Shown piece by piece: positions 32,101-38,954 of a stretch of 59,207 nt of DNA. The notes below the pieces were generated by a model. That model saw nothing but the letters and a program-made list of their open reading frames with translations. It made no database searches and was not told where the DNA came from. Every line of letters starts with the position of its first letter. Position 1 is the first letter of the stretch. The position numbers and the translations under genes are program-made. Source of the stretch: Candidatus Onthoplasma sp. (GTDB lineage Bacteria; Bacillota; Clostridia; Christensenellales; UBA1242); contig JBGVOQ010000009.1 in assembly GCA_045126575.1 (NCBI GenBank), positions 1-59,207 of the forward strand. The letters run 5' to 3'.

Positions 32101-32744
32101 GATATCTAGCAAGTAATGCTGACTTGACAACGGCAATGGAAGGTAAGGATTCGTTGACTAATGAAGACCTTGGTTCTGGAGCTGGTAGTTTATCCTCAAC
32201 ATTATGGAACTTAGTTACACTAGACCATGCTAATGACACTACAAATATTAGCGATAAAACAATTATTGTAAAGGTTGTAAAAAGCGGAACTGCAGTTACA
32301 GGATATGAATTGACATATTCGTATACACACACAAAGACAATTGATGGCAAATCTGTAACAACAACCTATAGTAGAACATTTAAGATGGCTGCTGGCATTA
32401 CGGCAAACTCACTTGTTAATGGATATCTAGCAAATGAGGCTGACTTGACAACTGAAATGGAAGGCAAAGATTCATTGACAATTGTGCAAACTGCGGGAAG
32501 TACTGGAGATAATTTAAACGGTTTGTCTGGAGATTTATGGGGCTTAGTTACAACTGATGTTACACCAGATGATGGAAGTAAAACAATTATTGTAAAGGTT
32601 GTAAAAAGCGGCAATGTGGTTACTGGATATGAATTGACATATTCATATACACATACCAGCGGAACTGGAACATCTGCCATTAAAACAACTTACAGCAGAA
32701 CGTTTATGATGAAACCAGCTTCTGAAATCGAGTCTACAACCTAA
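20187..32744 (+). CDS. Giant 4185-aa extracellular beta-rich (Ig-like repeat) protein with N-terminal membrane anchor
   Basis: Basic N-terminus plus ~20-aa hydrophobic helix; T/N/D/Y/V-rich beta-strand pattern throughout; no LPxTG, SLH or C-terminal TM seen; function inferred only. Confidence 0.8.
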   Translation: MFKRILKIIGFVLLGFVVVIGGVLGFMAIRGDFKEKEIYPTALKFAYGNSQEAIDLSQPIELLFDVKSEIGSKKKIYTFTVMADPVDVNQLACTVEPNYPSLITFKEWVNNEWVDYKSNTFYINKPIFFELNDVTEENVDDYYDGVLRFKVIDSSNMLNQTIAFEVDRAITSIAFKDTKSSNNVITNGLFASDGGKYDGETVQYLEAVQGQDYPLEVITAPLKAVKPFESVDAKTTEIFYMEQGQPKMLVYDEENDKAVLEFYGNEGVEREDCSFIKYDKVNKHFVLNSSNSGKYEFMLATYATYDIQAQIQTQAAEQGLSFVERLNLNDSVYKMLTKKVEITVSGTDAQNIEFEGDVNSIGLNLLKGNTVLVNNPLDTENYNLGLTLTKANSGVEITGRYNELAFIDENSFTDSINWSFRRAKTQSTDNQIEIVTDSIGNVQFEDKRIEISLYYKSINGENVAKAYISNIPNVEDGEYNATLTENAGVYTLTITSTQDVSIQFNADSSADGGTGKFLTINKETFDYVKNTNLGKITVGNSGEYYIDTYGAGKMVLDGFVNGSNTDYKFKFLRPYSADFGGGMYLAILGKKADESGLYELINNKFITKIKYYGANSIISITPIDSDLVTEGTNSAVYEDIQIRAIIVNADGSCAHTESFRKIIVRKNVTNIQIPETNVNLAINIKENKLDYSSTLDVANLVKLADEEGSYNAIALFVKGTDVDVFDKVNKPTSLDELASLYVSAEGKFVPATDLNADNYYMPKVKIVHDITITSGEETFYLVGFMQEVSGSTDTEFVNKVQANVKNEDTKLYPVVLETEFVDGELQTVEEFVKYVIKYNSNPGNTEPYVIKHQFKGASDTTSITLNSNYNISANGILTGSIAGTYFENHDNVNYKGTETLADDEYSIIPGHANLNLNWDGSKGDEIANATTQITLTLDHEKENEFGAALLGKVSVVAKLYDKDGNFIGYVDEDDIKIEELSTSNTALTHEFTVSGNYKLPEGQYVRFEWSYGGNKIAESQKLIILSRELKGYKLVVGEAEFDKDSLQSGDISLNVVIGYKDGIKYSIQVKNDDGVIATTDAAGLFNLISNNGMIKPDPFYAESADFAISAVPDNISFDIASKTITFAQNGASGKFEITNIQNAATNLSFNTTVTADAEFTFNIDGAAKDSEEINYTVSDVVGLSYTIKDAYKYGDTDLTKLLDISIDEDEFEFGSISDNYTVIQDKNGNDQIVSISNNDDILVRITQSESDDTWTITRTKSSAMTVKLNINTVLGKRTLTIDFTSDHDEDQNYNNKTTTIYAGTTFVIASTDSAATGSLLQLKATNGTYEIKTQYDTEDDYVTITQSATMINDVNIPVWSFEVKDVTSLKKDVEFEVYYLSSGTASGKGEYLFSIWLDIAPNMFIKDRVNDLYALDDYSNNTYDLEEFEVYEYDTSDTYYSYDPSKAKKVTSGISYSAETYEDYECTTANGINIASESGGTLKINSPVSVADEYYVLVTVESGNTTIGHIKFQVTTKSDVVSKDNDKVEDIVITSAGEQSSDNSGTKFTLADLQQMFNWSRDGKIYYYKATAWAKDKIYKLENNGTYTLVTSNIKPNDFDSANHYYRKAELTDVFWLNNADSNLEIVYTYNNNTIDNTEDDQTITQVGNTLKHDGNSYTYKTTQYFGTTYAHIFELTQGTELTQGTETTYIALTIDQSGSKQLYKATFEGGKYVLGASTAYTGFSGITFKYNSFGTLDAETGFVGTVEFGADLVFDDELINNKLIVNDNKYTINVKPYIVNPTKQNVESGTDYTLYAYADTSASTDDLFYIKGDSNIKAISFSWNASDSYVITEDKTNKKYSIKFNNNGNYYNVDIPVTVTYENNTTYSYNVTFNVKNSVSVNITYPYFVDNSKTDYKFTESISVLNKSMLADETVQDIYTDYANWSEISGNIPYDLALAGDTIKLTSDSMRGNFARYSASGKAIGTIQLVAVNSSLASVQNIGYYVTCNNGSIKFANAFPTTGYMLFRVYAQGTGQMDANSQEIEYTGAYGYYLVRVVSDKAFTNVLYNGGRNNQTKAVVVNSDSIKLLYNTDNTDDTAIDTAIDKELIVQSALNINDALINDSYSNVSLFIISSDNGAVNFGTETYANGQYIPNDTTLPQSTDNAIQTIKVAVVIEYGLSIVHVSNIELILQPNIKVDINQDTNMDDVVDKEDYVVTDKDADKYIYETRIDYDRSAPEKLIEVGNFFTVTDWYDEDEEETPTKAYDFDTIKFVDNVDDIVDNVDDISNEYIVINKDYIVINNNMPHSDNVKFTDNKLEVILPNGNPMEIGTISTNELTQTKELKLTKAVSEEVNFYLQLTYAPEVVAASNNTTDNTVNVYLHVIINPFNINKNVTSAEVGKYDGGAFNNDFDVTELFKGYKGNYKYKKTGDSDFGSEISAATTTNILFTPEEKEFTTTLTIVLTDVAPNIPWEVAITVKPNIEPVRDEANNGSDANNPALLKYVDNSTIVGLAGSQLTVVLSQDSIAIKQDSSTNPYLTINVGAINVGTGNVGTGNVGAGNVGPGYTKVEFTLTDVQGNALLDDDGKALNYFVDAGDPDNNIDPTTLCSKTFEYPQQSTPTLQFVHSASDITLRLHIKVLKSTTVSGEDEVKTYYADEFDMYIELSKTYELTSKYRVDGATFETRVEGKSLTLSNVTTGADVDNHFLGTDSNGTIEHVHGSRIGYKVVNDSGVLGDVAYGYDNLVKLGLLDNANPNKLIYVQDTPNGNETIEGKVDFVSTNSRFNLYLTNKLGVDLTYAFQVFSEEADFGKFTLNSNLVTYKAAGKITISAKYSDLPGLELGYLNYGPNYQFDDIDTIGQLDGLVADVNVSGSTGSGALEFGYEASAGRGYIRVIDWPDTANQVYTWTLKVITMNGVSATYTLTVANTVITYGYGTLYETAYAGGEIGKLSEKLPDRVNGSPRLSITVNGAPYTGTNLENILEYQGAYKGHAGYQGREYDYKKGDTSGTIYYDDTNKVIKSRSVNTTTNVTMIFNVKITTTDTVTGTPTTSIVGVVEYKIRLLNNIAIECSNGTYGAHPNINQLDVYLGTERGTDNYTISDGTTTIDLLDTNTANNFYIKLYRYSYQKGVAVASDLDLTSTDFSQHLRFTITKVNLDKGNNYEVDNDVISFGEDAGHNQNGTLVIKGNPSGSFVLIVSSTTVNGYYISIPVYLHKYDQTVAVYNNKLNTGFSGSGIDSGDTINLFETTSSGASNLGGSAFVVTRIGYQNTGTDTNIKHSTKVTPLTQYYTNGTVVEDSTDNNIALECKMKVFDSTTSLADIKNDSWDNSTPITLKNGSDYLSSVTTVAPQVNAAVAYQIVAYRLKVTFNDDSTNDDSTYGTDYYYAFYKVVSGQKIEVNDYYKNNGKVITFKEKPTNTANSKETWSKVDTSDQLIIMGADGMYALNKSSSLYLGSANYELKLQVITSNGKAVDEGTRTATITNLNTITGDSEGIIGEITLPDSVTNLFTTEAEIKLTIKVKEAAEVYEFVVLEGERPKTLEELETDDRRPFFDIDGNPIISPSYTGEWYVLGTNNAGATVGSTNLSSGMYYLKEGDAYRRITSKDVLLEDTWTLKASDSVEAKERVRLDKFFLQSEIGNQTYYDTKIIGIMKYADTNGLIDADTDIVNEDEIDDNYNNIADSYESIISKLNGFISTDAKPIAIIPVVKLLNGKYMLCKVEYEGSSGDGSTICDVKAWHYVLVGDTDTAMSLKLTQDYINLTIDDSVMKDADGNLTSDATIDLSKYVTVYGYEPSGVDENDDGVSDYYFKPQDLGSITLKYYKNETEGYVSVPATIDKATMTFAGNKIKLAGVDKLTSNQSVNIEITVNGISRKIELYFNIVINAKAEEDVYDSTSGRFYYNQDVVDAIDANNGNDIEASGSLKSTLLGLINYNGESITASLAEKFSVKVKNDIANNCLTITYTYTYTSNTSYIRTFKMYAGIKANSLVDGYLASNADLTTAMEGKDSLTNEDLGSGAGSLSSTLWNLVTLDHANDTTNISDKTIIVKVVKSGTAVTGYELTYSYTHTKTIDGKSVTTTYSRTFKMAAGITANSLVNGYLANEADLTTEMEGKDSLTIVQTAGSTGDNLNGLSGDLWGLVTTDVTPDDGSKTIIVKVVKSGNVVTGYELTYSYTHTSGTGTSAIKTTYSRTFMMKPASEIESTT
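27750..27824 (+). repeat. 15-bp tandem repeat x5 (xNVGx pentapeptide) inside giant gene
   Basis: ATTAATGTGGGTGCT ATTAATGTGGGTACT GGTAATGTGGGTACT GGTAATGTGGGTGCC GGTAATGTGGGTCCG. Confidence 0.9.
32051..32711 (+). repeat. ~321-bp (107-aa) tandem domain duplication at the C-terminus of the giant protein
   Basis: TAGAACATTTAAGATG...GCAAACTCACTTGTT starts at 32051 and 32372; RTFKM-AGI-ANSLV-GYLA...KTIIVKVVKSG-VTGYELTYSYTHT repeated. Confidence 0.9.
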
Positions 32745-32749
32745 AATAA

Positions 32750-32782
32750 CAAAAGGCAAATAGGAAACTATTTGTCTTTTTT
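32750..32782 (+). terminator. Terminator after giant gene
   Basis: AAAAGGCAAATAG-GAAA-CTATTTGTCTTTTTT. Confidence 0.8.
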
Positions 32783-32898
32783 GTATCCTGTAGGGATAAT
32801 AAATGCTGTAAAATGACAAAATTTGCAATATGGTTTATAATTTTATTGACAAAAGTTTAAAAGTTTTATAATATATAATCATTAATAGAGGTGATGCT

Positions 32899-33147
32899 AT
32901 GGAATTAAATAAAAAAGAATTTGAAAGTAAGTGTATAGAAGTTATTGAGGCTATTATCCTTTCTAACGTAAACAATACTCGTGCTAACGCTATTACTATT
33001 TCTGCCAAGATGCTTGAAAAGGCTAAGGCTAAAAACTGCCCTCAAGGCGTGTTGGATATTTATGTGCGTGTAAACGAGGAATTTAAACTTGCTACCGATA
33101 AGGAATATGAAATTTTAAAGAAACAATTATTCAAAGATAAAAAATAG
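32899..33147 (+). CDS. Hypothetical protein, 82 aa
   Basis: RBS GAGGTG; first gene of the sepF operon. Confidence 0.7.
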   Translation: MELNKKEFESKCIEVIEAIILSNVNNTRANAITISAKMLEKAKAKNCPQGVLDIYVRVNEEFKLATDKEYEILKKQLFKDKK

Positions 33148-33157
33148 GAGATAAGTT

Positions 33158-33595
33158 ATGGGATTTGGCGATTGGTTGATGAGGGGATTAGGCTTTGACT
33201 CTAAAAAGAAAGCCCAAACAACGGTTGTGGAAGAACCTGTTGATGACAAATATGCTAATTTTAATATGCATGTAAAGCAAGAAACAACTACCGAAGCTCC
33301 TGTACGTAATAATAATTTTCAGGCAGATACTTTTGGCATGGGTATGCGTGATAACCTAATTATATACACACCTAAGACTATGAAAGAGATTCAAAGCGCT
33401 GTTGATTGCTTAAGGCAAAATCAGTCGGTTATGCTTGACCTTGAACATATTGGTGATGAGGACCGTACTCGTGTATTGGACTTTATTAGCGGTGCTATAT
33501 ATGGGCTTAATGGCAGCATTCATCGCTTTAAGGACGATAGTTTTATCCTAACACCTGAGGGTAAAAAGATTTTGACACCTGACAAAAAGGATTAA
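33158..33595 (+). CDS. sepF: Cell division protein SepF
   Basis: N-terminal amphipathic helix; RVLDFISGAIYGLNGSI...FILTP core. Confidence 0.92.
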   Translation: MGFGDWLMRGLGFDSKKKAQTTVVEEPVDDKYANFNMHVKQETTTEAPVRNNNFQADTFGMGMRDNLIIYTPKTMKEIQSAVDCLRQNQSVMLDLEHIGDEDRTRVLDFISGAIYGLNGSIHRFKDDSFILTPEGKKILTPDKKD

Positions 33596-33596
33596 A

Positions 33597-34073
33597 ATGA
33601 AAACTAAACACAAATATTTACTTATAGGTGTTATTTTTGCTGTGGCTTTGAGTATTGACCTTGTTACAAAACACTTGTTTTGTGATATTAGCTACACACG
33701 CATAATACCTTATTTAATAACCTTCCAAACTAATGGAGGTAATACTGGCGCTGCTTTTGGTATATTTTCCAAAAGCACAACTTTTTTAATTATATCCAGC
33801 ATTGCAATAGTGGCAGTTATGCTTTTTGTGGATATTATGATGAAAGCCAAGGGCAAAACATACACCGTTGGGCTTGGACTTATTCTTGCAGGTGCGGTTG
33901 GTAATTTTGTGGACCGTGTGGCACTGGGCTATGTGCGTGACTTTATAATGTTTGACTTTTGGAAAACTTTTCCAATATTTAACTTTGCCGATTGTTGTGT
34001 GGTGATTGGTGCAGTGTTGGTATGTGTGCACTTTATATTTTTATCAAAGGCGGACAGTAATGGAAAAAATTAA
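33597..34073 (+). CDS. lspA: Lipoprotein signal peptidase
   Basis: DLVTK, NTGAAFG, GAVGNFVDR, VRDFI, FPIFNFAD. Confidence 0.96.
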   Translation: MKTKHKYLLIGVIFAVALSIDLVTKHLFCDISYTRIIPYLITFQTNGGNTGAAFGIFSKSTTFLIISSIAIVAVMLFVDIMMKAKGKTYTVGLGLILAGAVGNFVDRVALGYVRDFIMFDFWKTFPIFNFADCCVVIGAVLVCVHFIFLSKADSNGKN

Positions 34074-34956
34074 ATGTGAGCAAAACAATATTAGATTGGA
34101 CGTGTTTGTAAGCGGTCAATTTGCCGACTGCACAAGGTCGTATATTAAAACACTAATCGATAATGACCGTATAAAGGTTAATTCAAAGGTGGTAAAGGCT
34201 GGTTACAAGTTACGAGCAGGCGATATGGTTGAAGTTGACTTCCCTGAGGTGGAAACAATTTCTACCGAGCCGCAGAATATACCATTAAATATCGTGTATC
34301 AGGATAAAGATTTGTTGGTTATCAACAAACAGTCTGGGCTTGTGGTGCACCCTTGCTCAACAACCAAAAGTGGAACACTTGTGAATGCTTTAATGTATCA
34401 TATTAAAGATTTGAGCACAATTAATGGTGTGTTAAGGCCTGGAATTGTACATAGATTGGACAAGGATACCGCTGGGCTTATGCTGGTGGCTAAAAATGAT
34501 AATGCACATAAATTTTTGCAGGAACAACTTAAGGATAAAACTCTTAATCGAGAATATTTGGCGCTAGTAAAGGGTAAGATTAAGGAAAAGTTTTCCGTTG
34601 AGGGATATATTGGCCGAAACCCTAACAACCGCAAACAAATGGCTATGGTGGCGGAAGACAAAGGTAAATATAGTTATACAGATTTTTACATTCATGAAGT
34701 TTACGAGCACTACACTTTGTTAAGGTGCGTGCTAAAAACTGGCCGAACTCATCAAATCCGTGCGCATTTGAAAAGTTTGAACCATGCTATAGTGGGTGAT
34801 GAACTTTATGGAGGCGTAGACAAAGGTATTAAAACCAATGGACAACTGCTATTTGCCTATAAGATAAGTTTTGTACACCCTACAACCAAGCAGACTATGA
34901 CTTTTACTGTGGATTTGCCAGATTATTTTAAGCAAATATTATCCAAGATTAGATAA
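34060..34956 (+). CDS. rluD: RluA/RluD family 23S rRNA pseudouridine synthase
   Basis: S4 domain RLD-F; RPGIVHRLDKDTAG; TGRTHQIRAH; start moved to ATG 34060. Confidence 0.93.
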   Translation: MEKIKCEQNNIRLDVFVSGQFADCTRSYIKTLIDNDRIKVNSKVVKAGYKLRAGDMVEVDFPEVETISTEPQNIPLNIVYQDKDLLVINKQSGLVVHPCSTTKSGTLVNALMYHIKDLSTINGVLRPGIVHRLDKDTAGLMLVAKNDNAHKFLQEQLKDKTLNREYLALVKGKIKEKFSVEGYIGRNPNNRKQMAMVAEDKGKYSYTDFYIHEVYEHYTLLRCVLKTGRTHQIRAHLKSLNHAIVGDELYGGVDKGIKTNGQLLFAYKISFVHPTTKQTMTFTVDLPDYFKQILSKIR

Positions 34957-35059
34957 AAGCCTTGTTTCGACAAAACAAGTGCTTTTTTTTATAATAAAAA
35001 AAATCGTGTCAATATAAACTACTGATATCAACAATGGAGCAAGAAATATGTAATTAATT

Positions 35060-35110
35060 TGTCGAATTGGGCTAAAAATCGTTGACAAAAATTCAAATAT
35101 TAATTACAAT
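35060..35110 (+). promoter_or_regulatory. SigA promoter with upstream Spo0A-box-like heptamer
   Basis: TGTCGAA at 35060-35066; TTGACA-N17-TACAAT at 35082-35110. Confidence 0.6.
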
Positions 35111-35142
35111 AGCATTGTTAAACAAAAAATGGGAGACTATCA

Positions 35143-38100
35143 ATGAAAAAATTATCTAAATTTATTTACTTTATCTTCGCATTTGCTGTAATTGCTTGTA
35201 TGGCAATATTTAATCCTGCAATCAATTTTGCTAGTGCTGAAACTGCTGTTGATATGGCTAAAGTGTTTACAATTTCTACATCAAAAATTGCTAGCACTGT
35301 AGATGCAGCTAATGATGAAAAGTTAATTATTCCTATGCCTGATGTTAAGGGTGTAGATGGTAATGCAACAAAGCATATTGTGGTTAAGGATAGAAGTGGT
35401 AAAACTTATACCTACAACTGCAAGGATATGACTACTACTAATGAAAAGGGTGAAGCAGTTGCAATTAGTTACTTTACATTGCTAGAGGCTGATAAAACCA
35501 CTGTTGCTACCGAAGCTGACAAGGTTGCTTATATCCAAGTAAACAATATTGGAAAAGGCTCTTATAGCGTACAATACAAAGTGGTAGACGTAACAAATAG
35601 CAAAACATACTACTCAGAGGCTAAAACTGTTCAAGTTAAGAGTGTTGCTTATTCTTGGAAATTTGAGGCTGAAAATACAGCTAAAAAGATTATCCCTTCA
35701 ATTACAAATGCTGGTAGCGAATATGAATTACCACTACCTGAAATTGTAAAGAGCAATGATTCCGAAAATCCAATTAAATTTACTGCTGCCGATATAGGAA
35801 CTGCTATTAAGGTTACTCGTGGTGGTAAGGACGTTTCAACTGGTGAAGGTGCTGTGGTACGTAAAGATGGCGACAAGTTAATATTTACTCCAGCGCTTGA
35901 TACAACTGCTGTTGCAGAAGGTGAAGATACTACTTATGTTATTAAGTATATCGCATCTGCTAAGGGCATTACAGCTTTTGCTAATCGTGAATTTACAGTT
36001 AAGGTTGAAAAGGATTATGTTACTAAGGCTGAGTTGGAAGTTAGCCACAACGCTATTAGCAACTACCAAGTTGGTGCTACAACAACATTCCCTACATCAA
36101 ACGTTACTGACAAAACTCACAACAAATCTAAGGTTGAAGTTAACACATATATTTCAATCAAGGACAAGAATGATAATGTTCTTACATTAGACGCTAACGA
36201 TTATACACACGTATTTACAGAATCTGGCGACTATACAATTACTTACAAGGTTGTAGATGCTTATGGCAACGAAGCTACAAGCAAGTCAACTTCAATCCGT
36301 GTAAGTGATAAAAAACCTTACCAAGTATCTTATGCAGCTGATTATGATACAACTGCTACCAACTGGGAAGATAGTGTTAATACTAACATTGCTTACAGCA
36401 TTCCTAGTGAAGTTGGTTTTAACGGTTTCTGGTTACCTGCAATTTATGCTAAGGACTATAAAGATAGTTACGAAAATCTAACATTAAAACGTAAGATTGT
36501 TTCTACATCAGATTCAAGCATTTGGTTTGACCTTGATAGTAACGACGCTAAGCATGGTAACGGCGCTTATGCTGATAACCACACATTCTATGGTGTTGGA
36601 GCTGATGCTAAATTATTTAACAAGAAAGTTGAATTTAGATTCCCAATTTCGGCTCAAGAAGCTGGCGAATCTGATGAAGATTATGCTGCAAGAGTTTTGG
36701 AAAATAACAAAAAATATGCAGGTATGACATTCAAAATTGAGTATACTGCAGAAGATGGTAATATTCACAACACTGAAGCGTATGCAACTTCATACACATT
36801 CAAGGTTGCAGGCGAAGACGCTTTAACAAGCAACGTTGACAAAAACCTAATGGTTGACTTTGATTTGATTGATAAGGCAATTGACCCAACTGAAGAATTT
36901 ACATTTACAGCTGCTGTTGCTAAGGAAGAACCTGAGGATAGCGAATTGGTTGCTGACGAACGTGTGGAAGTAAGAACTTACTACTACTATGGCGACAAAT
37001 CTCAAATCGAAGATGCTGTTAAAACTCATATTGCCGCAGCAGATGTTAAAAAGACTAACGAAAAATATGGATACAATTTCAATGACTTCTATTCAAAACT
37101 TACTTATGCTGGTTTGACAGAACTTAAATCGGCGGACGATGTAACTTCATTAAAGTTAGACGAAACTGTTTATGACGGAAGTCAAAGTAAGGTTACAATA
37201 TTTGCAGTTGCAATTAATGACCAAAATCAATTTGTGATTGATGCTCAGGAAGTTGCTATTAACAAAACTGGTAAATATGACACAGATGGTGCTCCTACAA
37301 TTTCGGAAGTTAAGTTCTATGACAAGCAAGATAAAGATGGTCAAATAATTTACGTTGGTAAAGATTACAGCGAACAATTAGCGCCTCTTGGTTCTATAGA
37401 ATTTAACCAAAATTACGTAGTTGAATTACCTGGTATTAAATTTAGCGATATGGACAGTAGTTTGGAAGTTTCAGTAAATTGTTACGTTGATACTCCAGAC
37501 CAAACTGTTGGTGTTGATATCGAGGAATTCTTCGCAGGTTCAGGAATTAAGCTTGCAAGTGTTACAACAACTTATGCTGGTACTTATTATGTAGTGTACA
37601 CTGCTACTGATGATGCTGGTAACAAAACTTCATACGTTTCTACATTTGATGTTGCTAAAACTGAAAAGGGTTACATTAAGGTAGAAAATGGTTCTAACAT
37701 TACTAAAAACGTTGGTGAGGAAGTTGTATTTAACGTAAGCCTTGCTGGTAACGGCGAATATAACTACACAACTGACGACTTTACAATTACTTGGGGCGAC
37801 AACAAGCCAAGCGGTTTAGGTAGTATGCCTAACAGCTTTAAGTTTGATAAGCCAGGCACATATGTTGCTACAATTGGTATTAAACAATATGTTATGAATG
37901 GTGTAACATATACAGATACTCCAAGTGTTACAGTTACTGTTAAGGTTACTGCTCCTACAATGTCTTGGGCTAGCGATATCGACTCAGTTTTAGCAAATCG
38001 TACTGCAGACGTTGACGATATTATCGAATTACCAATTATCTCAGCTACTGAAAATGGAGTTGAAATAAATGGTGAAGTTAAGGTTGTTTACCTTGATAAG

Positions 38101-38811
38101 AACGATAAAGAAACTGAAGTGGAATTAAGCTTAGATGAAACAACATTTAATAACTACTACTTCAAGGCAGAAAAGAATGGTGTTTATAAGGTAACTTATA
38201 CAGCAACTACTTCTTACAATTCATTAACTAAGAGCTTTACAGTTACTTGTGGTGACTACTATGATCCTACAATCGTAATTGATAGCAATAAGTTGGAAGA
38301 ATCAAAAATTACTTACAACGGACAAGCTATTGATGTTAGCGTTAAGTTCGACACAAAGAAGAACGAACACGAAAACTCAATCACTGGACAATATGTTCTA
38401 ACTGTTGTTGGTAAGGAAGGCGATAAGGAAGTATTTAATTACGACATTAGCGTTGATTTGAAAGATACTAACGATAAGGGCGAAATTAACTACTTTACTC
38501 CAGATAGTTCTACATTTACACTTACTGGTGATTCAGTTTCAAGCAACGGAACTAATAAGTGGACTATTAATGGTGTAGGCGACTACAAATTAACATTAAC
38601 CGTAAAAGATGATAATGGAAATACTACAACTAAATCAATTAGCTTTAAGGTTGAAAACAAAACTGAACCTAAAACTATTAAGGACAGCGTGGTTGGAATT
38701 GTCTTGATTGTTGTATCAGTAGTTCTATTAGGTGGCGTAATTCTATTCTTTGCATTTGCAGGAAAGAGAAATAAATCAAAACGTAAATCTGTTAAGGTTA
38801 ACAAAGATTAA
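35143..38811 (+). CDS. 1222-aa secreted Ig-like/HYR-like repeat surface protein with C-terminal TM anchor
   Basis: Signal peptide (AFA...ASA); repeated GxYxxxYxxxDxxGN motifs; C-terminal hydrophobic helix plus KR-rich tail; terminator at 38818-38852. Confidence 0.85.
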   Translation: MKKLSKFIYFIFAFAVIACMAIFNPAINFASAETAVDMAKVFTISTSKIASTVDAANDEKLIIPMPDVKGVDGNATKHIVVKDRSGKTYTYNCKDMTTTNEKGEAVAISYFTLLEADKTTVATEADKVAYIQVNNIGKGSYSVQYKVVDVTNSKTYYSEAKTVQVKSVAYSWKFEAENTAKKIIPSITNAGSEYELPLPEIVKSNDSENPIKFTAADIGTAIKVTRGGKDVSTGEGAVVRKDGDKLIFTPALDTTAVAEGEDTTYVIKYIASAKGITAFANREFTVKVEKDYVTKAELEVSHNAISNYQVGATTTFPTSNVTDKTHNKSKVEVNTYISIKDKNDNVLTLDANDYTHVFTESGDYTITYKVVDAYGNEATSKSTSIRVSDKKPYQVSYAADYDTTATNWEDSVNTNIAYSIPSEVGFNGFWLPAIYAKDYKDSYENLTLKRKIVSTSDSSIWFDLDSNDAKHGNGAYADNHTFYGVGADAKLFNKKVEFRFPISAQEAGESDEDYAARVLENNKKYAGMTFKIEYTAEDGNIHNTEAYATSYTFKVAGEDALTSNVDKNLMVDFDLIDKAIDPTEEFTFTAAVAKEEPEDSELVADERVEVRTYYYYGDKSQIEDAVKTHIAAADVKKTNEKYGYNFNDFYSKLTYAGLTELKSADDVTSLKLDETVYDGSQSKVTIFAVAINDQNQFVIDAQEVAINKTGKYDTDGAPTISEVKFYDKQDKDGQIIYVGKDYSEQLAPLGSIEFNQNYVVELPGIKFSDMDSSLEVSVNCYVDTPDQTVGVDIEEFFAGSGIKLASVTTTYAGTYYVVYTATDDAGNKTSYVSTFDVAKTEKGYIKVENGSNITKNVGEEVVFNVSLAGNGEYNYTTDDFTITWGDNKPSGLGSMPNSFKFDKPGTYVATIGIKQYVMNGVTYTDTPSVTVTVKVTAPTMSWASDIDSVLANRTADVDDIIELPIISATENGVEINGEVKVVYLDKNDKETEVELSLDETTFNNYYFKAEKNGVYKVTYTATTSYNSLTKSFTVTCGDYYDPTIVIDSNKLEESKITYNGQAIDVSVKFDTKKNEHENSITGQYVLTVVGKEGDKEVFNYDISVDLKDTNDKGEINYFTPDSSTFTLTGDSVSSNGTNKWTINGVGDYKLTLTVKDDNGNTTTKSISFKVENKTEPKTIKDSVVGIVLIVVSVVLLGGVILFFAFAGKRNKSKRKSVKVNKD

Positions 38812-38954
38812 TTAAACAAAAACTTCTATGAGTAATCATAGGAGTTTTTTTTATGCTTAAAGCGTGTTTTATGTATTAAAATTTGTATTTTACTTGATTT
38901 TATAAGTTTGTATGTGCTACTATATATGTAACCAAGTTTTACTTAGGAGGAATT

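Noticed and set aside
32051-32711. DGR template/variable repeat pair at the giant gene 3' end
   Set aside because: Both copies are in-frame coding, differences are not confined to adenines and include indels, and there is no reverse transcriptase nearby
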